NCBI GenBank assembly: GCA_002726205.1
Contig: PBSL01000050.1
Coordinates: 1 to 46,409 of the forward strand
Direction: 5' to 3'
Origin: Planctomycetaceae bacterium
Lineage (GTDB): Bacteria; Planctomycetota; Planctomycetia; Planctomycetales; Planctomycetaceae
DNA: 46,409 bases
Shown: positions 31,363 through 41,070 of the stretch, piece after piece
How the letters are laid out: each line of letters opens with the position of its first letter
How positions within the stretch are numbered: position 1 is the first letter of the stretch
Made by a program: the position numbers and the translations under genes
The notes under the pieces: generated by a model
Database searches by the model: none
Seen by the model: only the letters and a program-made list of their open reading frames with translations
Told to the model about the DNA's origin: nothing

Positions 31363-34260
31363 TCAGTGATTGACAATAAATTCTTTCGTGTTCATCAGCA
31401 CCCACAGCAGATCACGAATCCCCTGCAGGGTGTCGTCAGCCCCCTCGACATGGGCCCGCGACCGGGCCAGTTCTTTCGTCGAGGGATATCGTGTCAACGT
31501 CCTCAGGTAAGCCTGCTTGACAATATCGCTGGCATCCAGGTTGCTGACCGTCACGCCGGAAGTCTTGGGAACGACCCGTTTCTCGGCCGCCACCGCCAGG
31601 CGGGCCTGGACGTCCTTGACCTGTTTGGAGAACTTCTTGACTTCCTCGGTCTTGTTGGCCTTGCGAGCCGCGGCAACCTTCTTCCGGATTGATCGCAATT
31701 GCTGGCTCAACCGCCGTTCTTCAGCGGTCAACTTGCTGCCAACGGACTTGGCCTTCTTCAGACCCAGGCCATCAGCCACCTGCTGAACCCAGCCCTGCCG
31801 GTTCGCGGCGATCAGTTGCAGCGTCTCGCGATCATTCTGCAGAAAGACCGTCTGCAACAGGCTCGGCTCGCTCGACCGGTCGCAATCGCAGTTGCTTTCT
31901 CTGGTCGATCGCCCGAAGACGGTCAACGCGTAGGCGGCTCCTTTGCTGCGGTTTCCTCTTCGTCCGGCTCCGGCAATCGCGATCGCCCGACCATCGGTCT
32001 CGCGGTTGAGCGTCCGGGCCCGATCATCCGATGCCGTGGCCTGCTGGATCGCATCATAGGCGACCTCGGCGGGAAGCCGCCGGGGAATCGAATGGCTGAA
32101 GTTCCGCTCATCGGCCCGGTTCGTCTCGTTCGGACGCCAGCTCAACTGGTAAGTCCGGCTGCCGACGATCTCCCTGTGAAGCCACTTGATGTCGTAATCG
32201 TGCGCGATGAAGGCGCGCGACAGGAAATTCAGCAACGCCTTGTTGCTGGGCGGGTTGGCCAGGCTGTGATCATCGGGAGGTTCCACGATGCCGACGTTGA
32301 AATAGGCGGCCCAGACCCGGTTGACGAAGGCCCGGGCAAACAACGGGTTGTCCTTCCGACGCAGCCACTCCATCACGGGAACGCGGGCATCTGCGTGTTT
32401 GGTCAGGTCCACGACCTCGTCACCGAGCAATTTCGCCGATGTCGCCGCCTTGGTGACCTTGCGGCGCTTGTTGGCCTGCTGGGCCAGCTGCTTTTTCCGC
32501 TTCTTCAGCCGCACCAGTTGGGCTTCCACCTGCTTGATCTGCTTGGGGGTGGCGTTGTTCTTCTTCAGCGTCGCCAGCCGCTGCTCGGTGCGAACCAGAG
32601 CCTTCTTCAACGCGGCGGCGGCCTTGGCCTGGCTGGGCGTTTTCTTGCCCTTTGTCTTCTTGCCGGCCTTCGGTCCAGTCACGTAGACCTCCTGGAACGG
32701 AACCGTCTTGCCCTCATCAAGCGCCGCGGCAATCGCTCTTCGCTGCTGGCCACCTTTCTTGTCACCCAACTCCAGCGACGCCAGCAACTTGTTGAACTCG
32801 TCCTTCGAACTTCTGGGTGTCCCGAAACTGACCCGGGTGAAGAATCCCTGGAACTGGGTGAAGTCGTCCTTGGTCCACTGGTCAAAGGGATGCTTGTGGC
32901 ACTGCGCGCACTGGATCCGGATCCCCAGGAAGGTGTAGGCAAAACCAATCGCCCGCTCCTCGGGCTTGCGGAAATTCTTCCGGGCCCAGTAATGCGGCAT
33001 CGACGGACGATCCGAGAAACGGCCGGTCCCCTCCGGCTTGTACAGCAGGCTCATCGTCTTGCTGAACTCCGATAACGATTCGCCGCTGTTTCGGCTGGTC
33101 GCAAGCACCAGTCCCTCGACGATCTTGTCGTAGGACGTGTTGTTGCCCACGCGGTGCCTCAACCACTCGTACCAGTCCTGGCTGGCACGCCGACGGCGCG
33201 ACGGCACGACGTTGGTGAGGTTGTCGTCGTTGTTGCCGGTAAAGTCGCACAACCGGGTCGCCCACCAGGCCGAGTAGGCGGGACGCTCGAGCAGTTCCTC
33301 GACCTTCTTCTGCCGTTTTTCCGGCGCGGTGTCCTTCAGGAATGCCACGGCTTCCTCGGCCGTGGGCAACGTCCCGGTCAGGTCCAGGCTGACACGGCGC
33401 AGGAACTCCGCGTCAGTGCACACCCCCGAGGGAACAACTCCAAGTTTCCTCAATTTTTCGACCACCAATCGGTCGATCTGGGTGGGAGCTTCAACCTCCG
33501 GATAATTCTCTCCGACGCGATCCGACACGGGCTGGATCACCGAAACCGGCACCACGCCACTGTCGTAAAACGCGACCACGTGCGTATCGCCGGACTTCCC
33601 GGCGGTGACCAGGCCATCGGCGGTGACCGCCGCCACCTGGTCGTCGTTGCTCTTGAACCGCGTCAACGGGGTCACGTCTTCCCGTGTCCCATCGCTCCAG
33701 ACCGCGATCGCTTTCAACCGGTTTTTCAGGCCGGCCTTCTCGAACACGAGTTCCGTGGGACTCACCTCGAGCCGCAGCATCCGGGGGGCGTCCTTGGCCG
33801 GTCCCTTGGCACCACCGGCGATCCACCTGTGCAGCAACTGGAATTCCCAGGTCCCCGTCTTCAATCGCAGGCCGCCTTCGTGATCGACCACCTCGGTCGG
33901 CTTTTCGATCATCAGACTCTTCAGCGGATTCTCGACGCTGACCCGCGGCCCCTGCTTGTCGTCAACCGCCTTGGTCAACGCCAGGTGGTCCATCTTGAAG
34001 TCGTAACCGAACAGCGACAGGCGAAAACCACCCCGCCCCTGGAACGACCCGTGACAGGCCCGCCCATTGCAGCCAAGTTTTCCCAGCAGGGGCGAAACGT
34101 GTCGTTGAAAGTCAGGAACCTCGCTGGCCTGTTCGCCGGCAAACCGAACCGTGACTGGCGAGGCCAGCTTCGACGGAACCACCTTCTCGGCGGCGTCACT
34201 GGTCCGTGATGCCGTGGTGAAACCGACGAGCAGAAGTGTTGCAAGCAGGAACCGTTTCAT
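31363..34260 (-). CDS. Secreted DUF1549/DUF1553 (PSCyt/PSD) protein with N-terminal Big_2-like domain (965 aa)
   Basis: Signal peptide MKRFLLATLLLVGFTTASRTSDA. Cys motif LGKLGCNGRACHGSFQGRGGFRLSLFGYD. Ig-like segment. DUF1553 block (CAQCHKHPFDQWTKDDF). C-terminal PSD1-like tail. Confidence 0.85.
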   Translation of the reverse strand: MKRFLLATLLLVGFTTASRTSDAAEKVVPSKLASPVTVRFAGEQASEVPDFQRHVSPLLGKLGCNGRACHGSFQGRGGFRLSLFGYDFKMDHLALTKAVDDKQGPRVSVENPLKSLMIEKPTEVVDHEGGLRLKTGTWEFQLLHRWIAGGAKGPAKDAPRMLRLEVSPTELVFEKAGLKNRLKAIAVWSDGTREDVTPLTRFKSNDDQVAAVTADGLVTAGKSGDTHVVAFYDSGVVPVSVIQPVSDRVGENYPEVEAPTQIDRLVVEKLRKLGVVPSGVCTDAEFLRRVSLDLTGTLPTAEEAVAFLKDTAPEKRQKKVEELLERPAYSAWWATRLCDFTGNNDDNLTNVVPSRRRRASQDWYEWLRHRVGNNTSYDKIVEGLVLATSRNSGESLSEFSKTMSLLYKPEGTGRFSDRPSMPHYWARKNFRKPEERAIGFAYTFLGIRIQCAQCHKHPFDQWTKDDFTQFQGFFTRVSFGTPRSSKDEFNKLLASLELGDKKGGQQRRAIAAALDEGKTVPFQEVYVTGPKAGKKTKGKKTPSQAKAAAALKKALVRTEQRLATLKKNNATPKQIKQVEAQLVRLKKRKKQLAQQANKRRKVTKAATSAKLLGDEVVDLTKHADARVPVMEWLRRKDNPLFARAFVNRVWAAYFNVGIVEPPDDHSLANPPSNKALLNFLSRAFIAHDYDIKWLHREIVGSRTYQLSWRPNETNRADERNFSHSIPRRLPAEVAYDAIQQATASDDRARTLNRETDGRAIAIAGAGRRGNRSKGAAYALTVFGRSTRESNCDCDRSSEPSLLQTVFLQNDRETLQLIAANRQGWVQQVADGLGLKKAKSVGSKLTAEERRLSQQLRSIRKKVAAARKANKTEEVKKFSKQVKDVQARLAVAAEKRVVPKTSGVTVSNLDASDIVKQAYLRTLTRYPSTKELARSRAHVEGADDTLQGIRDLLWVLMNTKEFIVNH

Positions 34261-34991
34261 GGTCTCGACCTGTCCTTCGTGTTGCGTTGATCTTTCCGCG
34301 TCCGAGCGGCAGAACCCTTCGGATTTTTCGTCTTCCGGTTCACCTTGCGCACCGTTGCCTTCGCAGAGGAACCAGCTGATATTCTCGCTGTCCGCTTCAA
34401 ACGTTTCAACTCCCGATCGGCCGCCAGGTCCAGATCCTCCAGCGACCGCAACTGCGACTCGATCCGTTCAATCCGTTCCCGAGAGCGTTTGCGATCCTGT
34501 GTCAGCAACTGCCGCCGCAACTGGGCACGTTCTCGCAATGTCTGCTTGAGCTGCTTGTCGAGCCGGGAATCCGGCCGCACCATCGATCGGGCGACAAGCA
34601 ACCGGGCCTCGGATTCGAGTTTCCAGAGGTTCAGGAGTATTTCGTGGCGATCGGGATGGCTCTTCCTGGCTCGCCCCAGGCGTTCAGCCGTCCGGGACAA
34701 TTCCGCGACAGCCTTGTCGTAGGCCGCCTGCTTCCCGGCGGTCTTGAGTCGCTCGACCAGCCGTGCCAGTTCCCGGTGGTGCTTCCTTGCGAACGCCAGG
34801 GCCTGCTTGATCTGCCGTTTGCTCAGTTTCTTGTTCTTGCGGACCTTGGACCTGGGTTTCGAGGCCGCCGCATCGACCGTCGATGCGGCTCCCGGCCGCG
34901 CAGCAGCCGCTGACGTCGGCAGAGGTGATTGCGGCAACGCCCCGCCACACACGGCGACAGCAAGACCCAGCGATGGCAGCAGACGCATCAC
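34257..34991 (-). CDS. Secreted basic coiled-coil protein (244 aa), hypothetical
   Basis: Signal peptide MMRLLPSLGLAVAVCGGA, then a K/R/E-rich heptad-like sequence. ATGA overlaps with both neighbours. Confidence 0.55.
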   Translation of the reverse strand: MMRLLPSLGLAVAVCGGALPQSPLPTSAAAARPGAASTVDAAASKPRSKVRKNKKLSKRQIKQALAFARKHHRELARLVERLKTAGKQAAYDKAVAELSRTAERLGRARKSHPDRHEILLNLWKLESEARLLVARSMVRPDSRLDKQLKQTLRERAQLRRQLLTQDRKRSRERIERIESQLRSLEDLDLAADRELKRLKRTARISAGSSAKATVRKVNRKTKNPKGSAARTRKDQRNTKDRSRP

Positions 34992-35512
34992 TTGCCATCC
35001 TCCATTGCATCATCCGAAAGCGACACCGCCGCAATCAACCACTCGGGCACAACCAGCGGCTCGCCTTCGTCGACTGTCACCACCTCGGAAGTTTCGACCG
35101 GACTTCTCTCGCCCCCCTCGGTCCACACCGCCATCAGCGTGTCGGCTTGCCTGACCGATTCCTCGTCCTCGACAAGGCGGCGACCATCCGTCGCGGCACC
35201 ACCCCACAACAGACCGATCGCCAGGACCAGGCACACCGAGGCGGCCAGCAGTGCACCCAAGCCCCGCCGACGCGGAGGTGTGTCAGATCCTGTCGTCATC
35301 GCAACCGCTGGCCGCGCGGCCGAGATGACCTGCACCAGTTCCACGGCAGCGACCACGGCCTCGCACGCCTCGACATCGCCGGCCGACAGACGCGATTCCC
35401 ACGCCGCCAGCGACTCGGCATCGAGTTCCCCGGCTACATAGGCGAATGCCAACCAGCCCGCGTCAGTTGTCCCGCCATCCGGGCCATTCGTGTTGTTACT
35501 GGATTCCATCAT
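34988..35512 (-). CDS. Anti-sigma factor (single-pass membrane protein)
   Basis: N-terminal anti-sigma-like helical domain (WLAFAYVAGELDAESLAAWESRLSAGDVEACEAV), one TM helix (LGALLAASVCLVLAIGLLW) and a periplasmic tail. Overlaps the ECF sigma stop (ATGA). Confidence 0.65.
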   Translation of the reverse strand: MMESSNNTNGPDGGTTDAGWLAFAYVAGELDAESLAAWESRLSAGDVEACEAVVAAVELVQVISAARPAVAMTTGSDTPPRRRGLGALLAASVCLVLAIGLLWGGAATDGRRLVEDEESVRQADTLMAVWTEGGERSPVETSEVVTVDEGEPLVVPEWLIAAVSLSDDAMEDGK

Positions 35513-36048
35513 CGGTCCACCTCGTCTCGATCCCTGTCGGCCAACTGCCTTCGCAGCACGGCCAACGCCGACCGCATTCGTGTCAAAACCGTCCCCAGCG
35601 GTGTCTCCAGTTCCTCGGCAATCACCGCGAAAGTCTTGTCCTGGTAAATTCGTCTGCGAACCACTGCCTGCTGTTCCGGTGAAAGTTGTTCCACTGCTTC
35701 CCGCACGGTTTGAATCGACTCGTCCAGGCTGACCAGATCCTCGGGTGTGTCGGTTTCCGGCGGCAAGTACCCGGCGATCTTCTGCAGGCTGCGGTTATGG
35801 ATCTGCCGTTTCCGCCCGGCCAGCATCGCCTCGTTGTACGCCACCCGGAACAGCCACCCCTTGAGGGTCTCGCTCCGAGCCGTGTGTCCAGCCTCCATCG
35901 CACGCGTGAACGTCACCTGCACCAACTCGTCGGCCAACTCCGGGTCACGGACAACCCCCAACAGGAACGACCGCAACCGACCACCATGTTGGTGATACCA
36001 CTGGGCCACTTGGGCAGGGTCGATTCGATCTTCGTCCCGCGACGTCAA
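35509..36048 (-). CDS. ECF (group 4) RNA polymerase sigma factor
   Basis: Region 2 (LRSFLLGVVRDPELADELVQVTFTRAMEA...WLFRVAYNEAM) and region 4 HTH (LSPEQQAVVRRRIYQDKTFAVIAEELETPLGTVLTRMRSALAVLRR). The only available start is the TTG at 36048, directly after an in-frame stop. Confidence 0.85.
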   Translation of the reverse strand: MTSRDEDRIDPAQVAQWYHQHGGRLRSFLLGVVRDPELADELVQVTFTRAMEAGHTARSETLKGWLFRVAYNEAMLAGRKRQIHNRSLQKIAGYLPPETDTPEDLVSLDESIQTVREAVEQLSPEQQAVVRRRIYQDKTFAVIAEELETPLGTVLTRMRSALAVLRRQLADRDRDEVDR

Positions 36049-36204
36049 ATCCCCGACTACCCCGCTTTCGTCGCCCAGCTTTGTCTTGATGCGCCAAGCA
36101 CCGGATTTATTGGGGGCTATTTTGTGTTTTCATAACCGGGGAACATATCAGGCCTTACGTGAGAATCGAAAAGGCCACTCCGGTCAATCCTGACGTTCCC
36201 CGCG

Positions 36205-37095
36205 TCAGGGAACGTCGAGTAACCTCAGGTCGAAACGACCGCGGCGTTCGCCGACAAAGACGATGCGTTTGCCGTCGGGATGCCATGCCGGAAAGTCATC
36301 CCGTTCGCGGCTTTTCGTGATCCGGCTGATCCCGGACCCATCGACGTTCATCAGGTAGATCTCGCGATTGCCGTCCCGATTCGAGACAAACACGATCCGC
36401 TTTCCGTCGGGCGACAAACGTGGGCGAACATCCTGGCCACGATGGTGAGTCAATCGATGGACGGCCGATCCGTCGGCAGCCGCCACGTAGATCTCGTAAT
36501 TTCCGTCACGCGTCGATCCGAACAGCAGCATGCGGCCGTCGGCTGACACGCTCGGCCAGTTGCAGAGGCCGGCACCGTCGACGAGCAGCTTGCGATCCTT
36601 TCCAGCGGTATTGCACGAAAAGATCTTCTGTCGTCCGCCCTCGGCAAACGCGTAGAGCACGCGACGCCCATCGGGAGTGAATGCTGGACTGCGCATCCCG
36701 GAGAAACCCGATGCCGGTGGAATCTCGGCCTGGACATCCTCGCGGGTGTCATCGATCACCATCCCGACACTCGCCGCACTGCGGCTTTGCAGGTAAGCGA
36801 CGAACCGCCCGTCCCGGGAAAAGGCCGGTTCGAGTTCCGAGCGGGTCTCGTCCTTGTGGATCGGCTGTTCGGTCCCGTCGACAAGATTTCTCTTGACCAG
36901 TTGCAGTTGCTCGGGCCGCGCCTGCACGACGTAGACCAGCGTGCGGGCGTCGAGGAATACCGGGTCACGTTTGAAGCGATGATCGTCGGTCAACACCCGG
37001 TCGGCGGCAACGGCCTCGCCGGAAAAAACCAGCAGCGAGACGACACCCACCAGTTCGAGAAACCGGTGGGAATGAAGCGATCTAGAGCAGGTCAT
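36205..37095 (-). CDS. Periplasmic PD40 (TolB-like) beta-propeller repeat protein
   Basis: Signal peptide. At least 5 PD40 repeats (EPAFSRDGRFVAY; SPAFTPDGRRVLY; WPSVSADGRMLLFGSTRDGNYEIY; RPRLSPDGKRIVFVSNRDGNREIY; FPAWHPDGKRIVFV). Confidence 0.8.
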   Translation of the reverse strand: MTCSRSLHSHRFLELVGVVSLLVFSGEAVAADRVLTDDHRFKRDPVFLDARTLVYVVQARPEQLQLVKRNLVDGTEQPIHKDETRSELEPAFSRDGRFVAYLQSRSAASVGMVIDDTREDVQAEIPPASGFSGMRSPAFTPDGRRVLYAFAEGGRQKIFSCNTAGKDRKLLVDGAGLCNWPSVSADGRMLLFGSTRDGNYEIYVAAADGSAVHRLTHHRGQDVRPRLSPDGKRIVFVSNRDGNREIYLMNVDGSGISRITKSRERDDFPAWHPDGKRIVFVGERRGRFDLRLLDVP

Positions 37096-38419
37096 AGATC
37101 ACGCGGCCCCCGGACAGAACATTCATTTCGGCGCGTTCCCGTGTCGAGATCCCGGCAAGTTCGGTGATCGTGGTCCCGACCATCAGTGGCGTGATCGGAG
37201 AGTCGATGGGATGTTCACCGAGCCTGTCGCTGCGGCCGATCACCACACCGGTCGGCACCCCCGCCCCGGACCACAGCGAGAAGTAGCACTGGGGCCAGTG
37301 ATCGCGCGCCGCCCGCGGGTTGATCTTGGGCGTCCGCCCGAACTCGCTGATCACAACGACCAGCGTCTCCTCGAGCAAGCCGCGGGTTTCCAGGTCACCC
37401 ATCAACTCGGGCAACACGCGATCCAGGATCGGGCAGTGCCGATCCATGAGCATCTCGAAATTGTAGATGTGCGTGTCCCATCCGAAGTCGAACGCCGGCG
37501 TGATCGCCTCGACTGTCTGGCTCCAGTTCAACTGGACATACGGCACCCGCGCCTCGATCAACCGTCGTGCCACCAGGGCGCTTTGACCGAACGTCGTGTA
37601 GCCGTAGCGGTGCCGGGTCTCCTGGGACTCGCGGGTGACGTCGAACGCCTCGCGGGCTTTCGGATTCGAAAGCAGGCCGTAGGCGAGCTGGTAGGACCGT
37701 TCCCAATCGGCAATCCCTGCCGCATCCAGTTGCCGGCGGGCCGTGTCGATCCGGTGCAGGAGAAGGCGACGGTCCGAGATGCGATTGGGAGTGATACCGT
37801 CGAGCAAATTCAGCGAGGGCAGGTTGACCGAACCGTCATTGCTGACAACGACCTGGAACGGGTCCCATGCCTTGCCGAATGTCCCCCCACCATAGCCCTC
37901 CACGATCCGGACACTGTCCTGGATGATCCCGCGACCGACCGACTGAAACGGTGGCAGGTCGCCGCGACGACCCCGGTGCCTGGCGACAATTGCTCCGAAA
38001 TTCGGCTGCACCGGACCGGGTTTTTCGTGGAATCCGGTCAGGGCCACCGTGCCGCCGTCGGGGTGGCCGGATTGCGACGAGACATGCGAACGAACCAGCG
38101 CGAACTTGTCGCTGATCGAGGCGATCCGCGGCAGCAGATCGGTCACGTGGACCCCCGGTGTGCGGGTGGCGATCGCTGAAAACGGTCCCCGGTATTCCGG
38201 TGGTGCGTCGGGCTTGGGATCAAACGTGTCCAGGTGAGACGGAGCGCCCCAGAGCCAGACCAGCAGGACCGACTTGGCACGGGCAGCCCTGGCCGGCGGG
38301 GTGGGCGCCGCCAAGGCGGGCCGACCCAACAGCAAGGGCAGGGAACCACCCATCTTCAGGAACGAACGGCGGGTGGGCCCCGAACATCCCCCGGCTGAGA
38401 ATCGACCGACGTTCAACAT
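37082..38419 (-). CDS. DUF1501 family protein with TAT signal (no adjacent DUF1549/DUF1553 partner on the same strand)
   Basis: ...PTRRSFLKMGGSLPLLLG...; DUF1501 blocks (ISEFGRTP, SGAGVPTGVVIGRSD). Its stop overlaps the PD40 gene start by 14 nt. Confidence 0.85.
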   Translation of the reverse strand: MLNVGRFSAGGCSGPTRRSFLKMGGSLPLLLGRPALAAPTPPARAARAKSVLLVWLWGAPSHLDTFDPKPDAPPEYRGPFSAIATRTPGVHVTDLLPRIASISDKFALVRSHVSSQSGHPDGGTVALTGFHEKPGPVQPNFGAIVARHRGRRGDLPPFQSVGRGIIQDSVRIVEGYGGGTFGKAWDPFQVVVSNDGSVNLPSLNLLDGITPNRISDRRLLLHRIDTARRQLDAAGIADWERSYQLAYGLLSNPKAREAFDVTRESQETRHRYGYTTFGQSALVARRLIEARVPYVQLNWSQTVEAITPAFDFGWDTHIYNFEMLMDRHCPILDRVLPELMGDLETRGLLEETLVVVISEFGRTPKINPRAARDHWPQCYFSLWSGAGVPTGVVIGRSDRLGEHPIDSPITPLMVGTTITELAGISTRERAEMNVLSGGRVIYDLL

Positions 38420-38508
38420 GCCGTTGTCACGTGCCTCGACTGTTGCGGGAGGTCTCCACCCGGTCCAGTTTGCCAGACCGAACCGGCCAACTCAAGGTGA
38501 TCCCGGAG

Positions 38509-38538
38509 TTGAGTGAGCCTCACCTGTACCGATATATT
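38509..38538 (+). promoter_or_regulatory. Candidate sigma70-type promoter TTGAGT - 18 nt - TATATT upstream of the module-C DUF1549/DUF1553 gene
   Basis: Read ggagTTGAGTgagcctcacctgtaccgaTATATTgtagac in the 132-bp divergent intergenic region. It is ~60 nt upstream of the proposed GTG start. Confidence 0.35.
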
Positions 38539-38599
38539 GTAGACTGCTGCATTGCCCTCCCCGCCGGGTTTTGGCCTCACCACCTGCCAGGACTGTTGC

Positions 38600-41023
38600 G
38601 TGCGTTTGACTCTCCCCACACTCTCAGTGCTGATGCTGCTGACCCCGGTCGTTGCCGAAGATGCGATTCGGCCGGCCGAGAGCATCCAGGTCACCCCCAG
38701 TCCGCTGCGGTTGGGAGGAGCCAACCGGCAAAGACAGGTCCAGGTCACAGCCCGGGCCGCCGATGGCACGGTCTTTGATGTCACCCACCAGGCCACCCTG
38801 ACCGTCGTCGACCGATCGCACGCGGTGCTCGACGGAACAACGGTTCGTGGCGTGGCCGACGGCCAGACACGGCTGCAGGTCCAGTACGCGGGCCGCAGCG
38901 TCGAGGTCCCGATCCAGGTCCGAAATTTCAACCGTTTTCCGCCGGTTCACTTTCTCAACGACATCATGCCGATTCTCTCCAAGCTCGGCTGCAACAGCGG
39001 AGGCTGCCACGGCAAACAGTCCGGGCAGAATGGTTTCCGGCTGTCGATCTTCGGATTTGATCCCCGGGCCGACTACGACGCACTGGTCAAGGAAGCCCGC
39101 GGCCGCCGTGTCTTCCAGGCCTCGCCGACTGGCAGCCTGCTGGTGGCCAAAAGCACCAACCGCCTGGCTCACGGCGGCGGTGCCCGCACCCGTGTCGGCA
39201 GCATCGACCACGAGCTGCTTTCACAGTGGGTCTCGCAGGGAGCTCCCTGGGGAAACGACAATTCGCCGCAGATCGCGTCGATTCAGATCGAACCAGCTCG
39301 CCGACAGCTCGGGGCGCGGGCCGAGCAACAGTTGCTGGTGACCGCCACCTTTTCGAACGGTTCAACCCGCGACATCACGTCAGCAGCGGCCTACGCGAGC
39401 AACGCCACGCTGATCGCGGATCTCGAGGGAGCCGGGCGGATCCACACCGGCAGCGTTCCCGGCGAGGCGGCCATCATGGTCAGTTACATGGGCCACGTGG
39501 CCACCGCCCGGATCACGGTCCCCCGCGAAGATCGCCCGAAGACGTTCCCGCTCCTGCCGGTCCACAACCGGATCGACGAGTTCGTCTGGGCCAAGCTGAA
39601 GCGGATGGGCATTCTTCCGTCGCCAATCGCTTCCGACACCGTCTTCCTGAGACGACTGCACCTGGATAGCCTCGGCACGCTGCCTTCTCCGCAGGCCGTG
39701 AGGAGCTTCCTGGCCGACAAGCGTCCGGACCGTCGGCAACACGCGATCGACGCCGTGCTCACACGCCCCGAGTTTTCCGATTACTGGGCACAGAAATGGG
39801 CCGACGTGCTGCTGGTCGATCGTGATGATCTCGGCGAACGAGGAGCCTTCGAGTTTCATCGCTGGTTGCGACAGCAATTGCTGACAAATCGGCCCTACGA
39901 CGAGTGGGCCCGCGAATTGCTGACCGCGACGGGAAATTCCGGCCGCTATGGACCGGTCAACTTCTTCCGAGCCGCCCGCACCCCGGTCGAATTGACCCGC
40001 AGTATCAGCCAGGCTTTTCTTGGCATTCGCCTTGATTGTGCCCAGTGCCATCATCACCCGTTTGAAAAATGGGGCCAGGACGACTTCTATGGCATGGCCG
40101 GGTTCTTCAAGGGACTCCAGCACAAGACACTCGGTCCCGGTCGTGAACTGGTCTTCCACAGCGGGTACCAGCCAACACGCATCCCGTTGAGCGAACGACT
40201 TGCACCAACCCGGCCTCCCGGCGGCCAGGTGATCACCGATTTCGGCGAGACCGATCCACGCGTCCGTCTGGCCAGGTGGGTGACCGGTCCGAAAAATCCC
40301 TACTTCGCCCGCCTGGTAGCCAACCGGATCTGGAAGCACTTTCTGGGACGAGGACTGGTCGAACCCGAAGATGACTTTCGTTCGACCAATCCGGCCACCA
40401 ACCCTGCCCTGCTTGATTATCTTGCTGACCAGGTCGTCGCCGGTGGTTTTGATCTCCGGGCCGTGATGAAACAGGTGCTCGCTTCACGGGTCTACCAGTT
40501 GTCGAGTGTCCCCAACGAGACCAACCAGGGCGACGAGCAGAATTACTCGCATTTCCTGGTCAAGCGGCTGCCGGCGGCGGTGTTGATGGACGCCATCAGC
40601 GAGGTGACCGGTTCTCCCGAGCCGTTCGAGGGCATGCCGCGGGGAACCCGTGCCATCCAGTTGTGGGACAACCGCCTGCCGAGCTATTTCCTGGACACCT
40701 TCGGCCGTTCGGAACGCCGTTCGCCCTGCGAGTGCGGCAGTTCGACCGAGCCGACGATGGCCCAGACGCTGCACCTGATGAATGCTCCCGAAATCGACGC
40801 GAAAATCGTCGCCCCGGGAGGACGGATCGACCGGTTGATCATTGCCGGGGCCCCATCGCGACGGATCGTCGAGCAGTTGTGTTTCTCGGCACTGGGCCGT
40901 GGCCCCAATCCACGGGAACTGCAGGCTGCCGAGCGGCTGTTTGCCGGGAGGACGCCTCGCCGAGCCGCCGAGGACTTCCTGTGGGTGCTGCTGAATTCCT
41001 ACGACTTCCTGTTTGTCCATTAG
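38600..41023 (+). CDS. Secreted DUF1549/DUF1553 (PSCyt/PSD) protein with N-terminal Big_2-like domain (~807 aa)
   Basis: Signal peptide MRLTLPTLSVLMLLTPVVA (GTG start). The track ORF starts at the TTG at 38552. Cys motif LSKLGCNSGGCHGKQSGQNGFRLSIFGFD. DUF1553 block CAQCHHHPFEKWGQDDF. C-terminal PSD1-like tail. Confidence 0.85.
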   Translation: MRLTLPTLSVLMLLTPVVAEDAIRPAESIQVTPSPLRLGGANRQRQVQVTARAADGTVFDVTHQATLTVVDRSHAVLDGTTVRGVADGQTRLQVQYAGRSVEVPIQVRNFNRFPPVHFLNDIMPILSKLGCNSGGCHGKQSGQNGFRLSIFGFDPRADYDALVKEARGRRVFQASPTGSLLVAKSTNRLAHGGGARTRVGSIDHELLSQWVSQGAPWGNDNSPQIASIQIEPARRQLGARAEQQLLVTATFSNGSTRDITSAAAYASNATLIADLEGAGRIHTGSVPGEAAIMVSYMGHVATARITVPREDRPKTFPLLPVHNRIDEFVWAKLKRMGILPSPIASDTVFLRRLHLDSLGTLPSPQAVRSFLADKRPDRRQHAIDAVLTRPEFSDYWAQKWADVLLVDRDDLGERGAFEFHRWLRQQLLTNRPYDEWARELLTATGNSGRYGPVNFFRAARTPVELTRSISQAFLGIRLDCAQCHHHPFEKWGQDDFYGMAGFFKGLQHKTLGPGRELVFHSGYQPTRIPLSERLAPTRPPGGQVITDFGETDPRVRLARWVTGPKNPYFARLVANRIWKHFLGRGLVEPEDDFRSTNPATNPALLDYLADQVVAGGFDLRAVMKQVLASRVYQLSSVPNETNQGDEQNYSHFLVKRLPAAVLMDAISEVTGSPEPFEGMPRGTRAIQLWDNRLPSYFLDTFGRSERRSPCECGSSTEPTMAQTLHLMNAPEIDAKIVAPGGRIDRLIIAGAPSRRIVEQLCFSALGRGPNPRELQAAERLFAGRTPRRAAEDFLWVLLNSYDFLFVH

Positions 41024-41070
41024 TCCTGCGAGAAACGCCAAGGACCGGCACGCCTGAAACGAGGACTTTC

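Noticed and set aside
36189-36209. Stem-loop cctgacg-ttccccg-cgtcagg overlapping the PD40 stop codon, considered as terminator or ECF promoter element
   Set aside because: No U-tract follows on the transcribed strand, and the GGAAC match may be coincidental. It is noted only as a structure.
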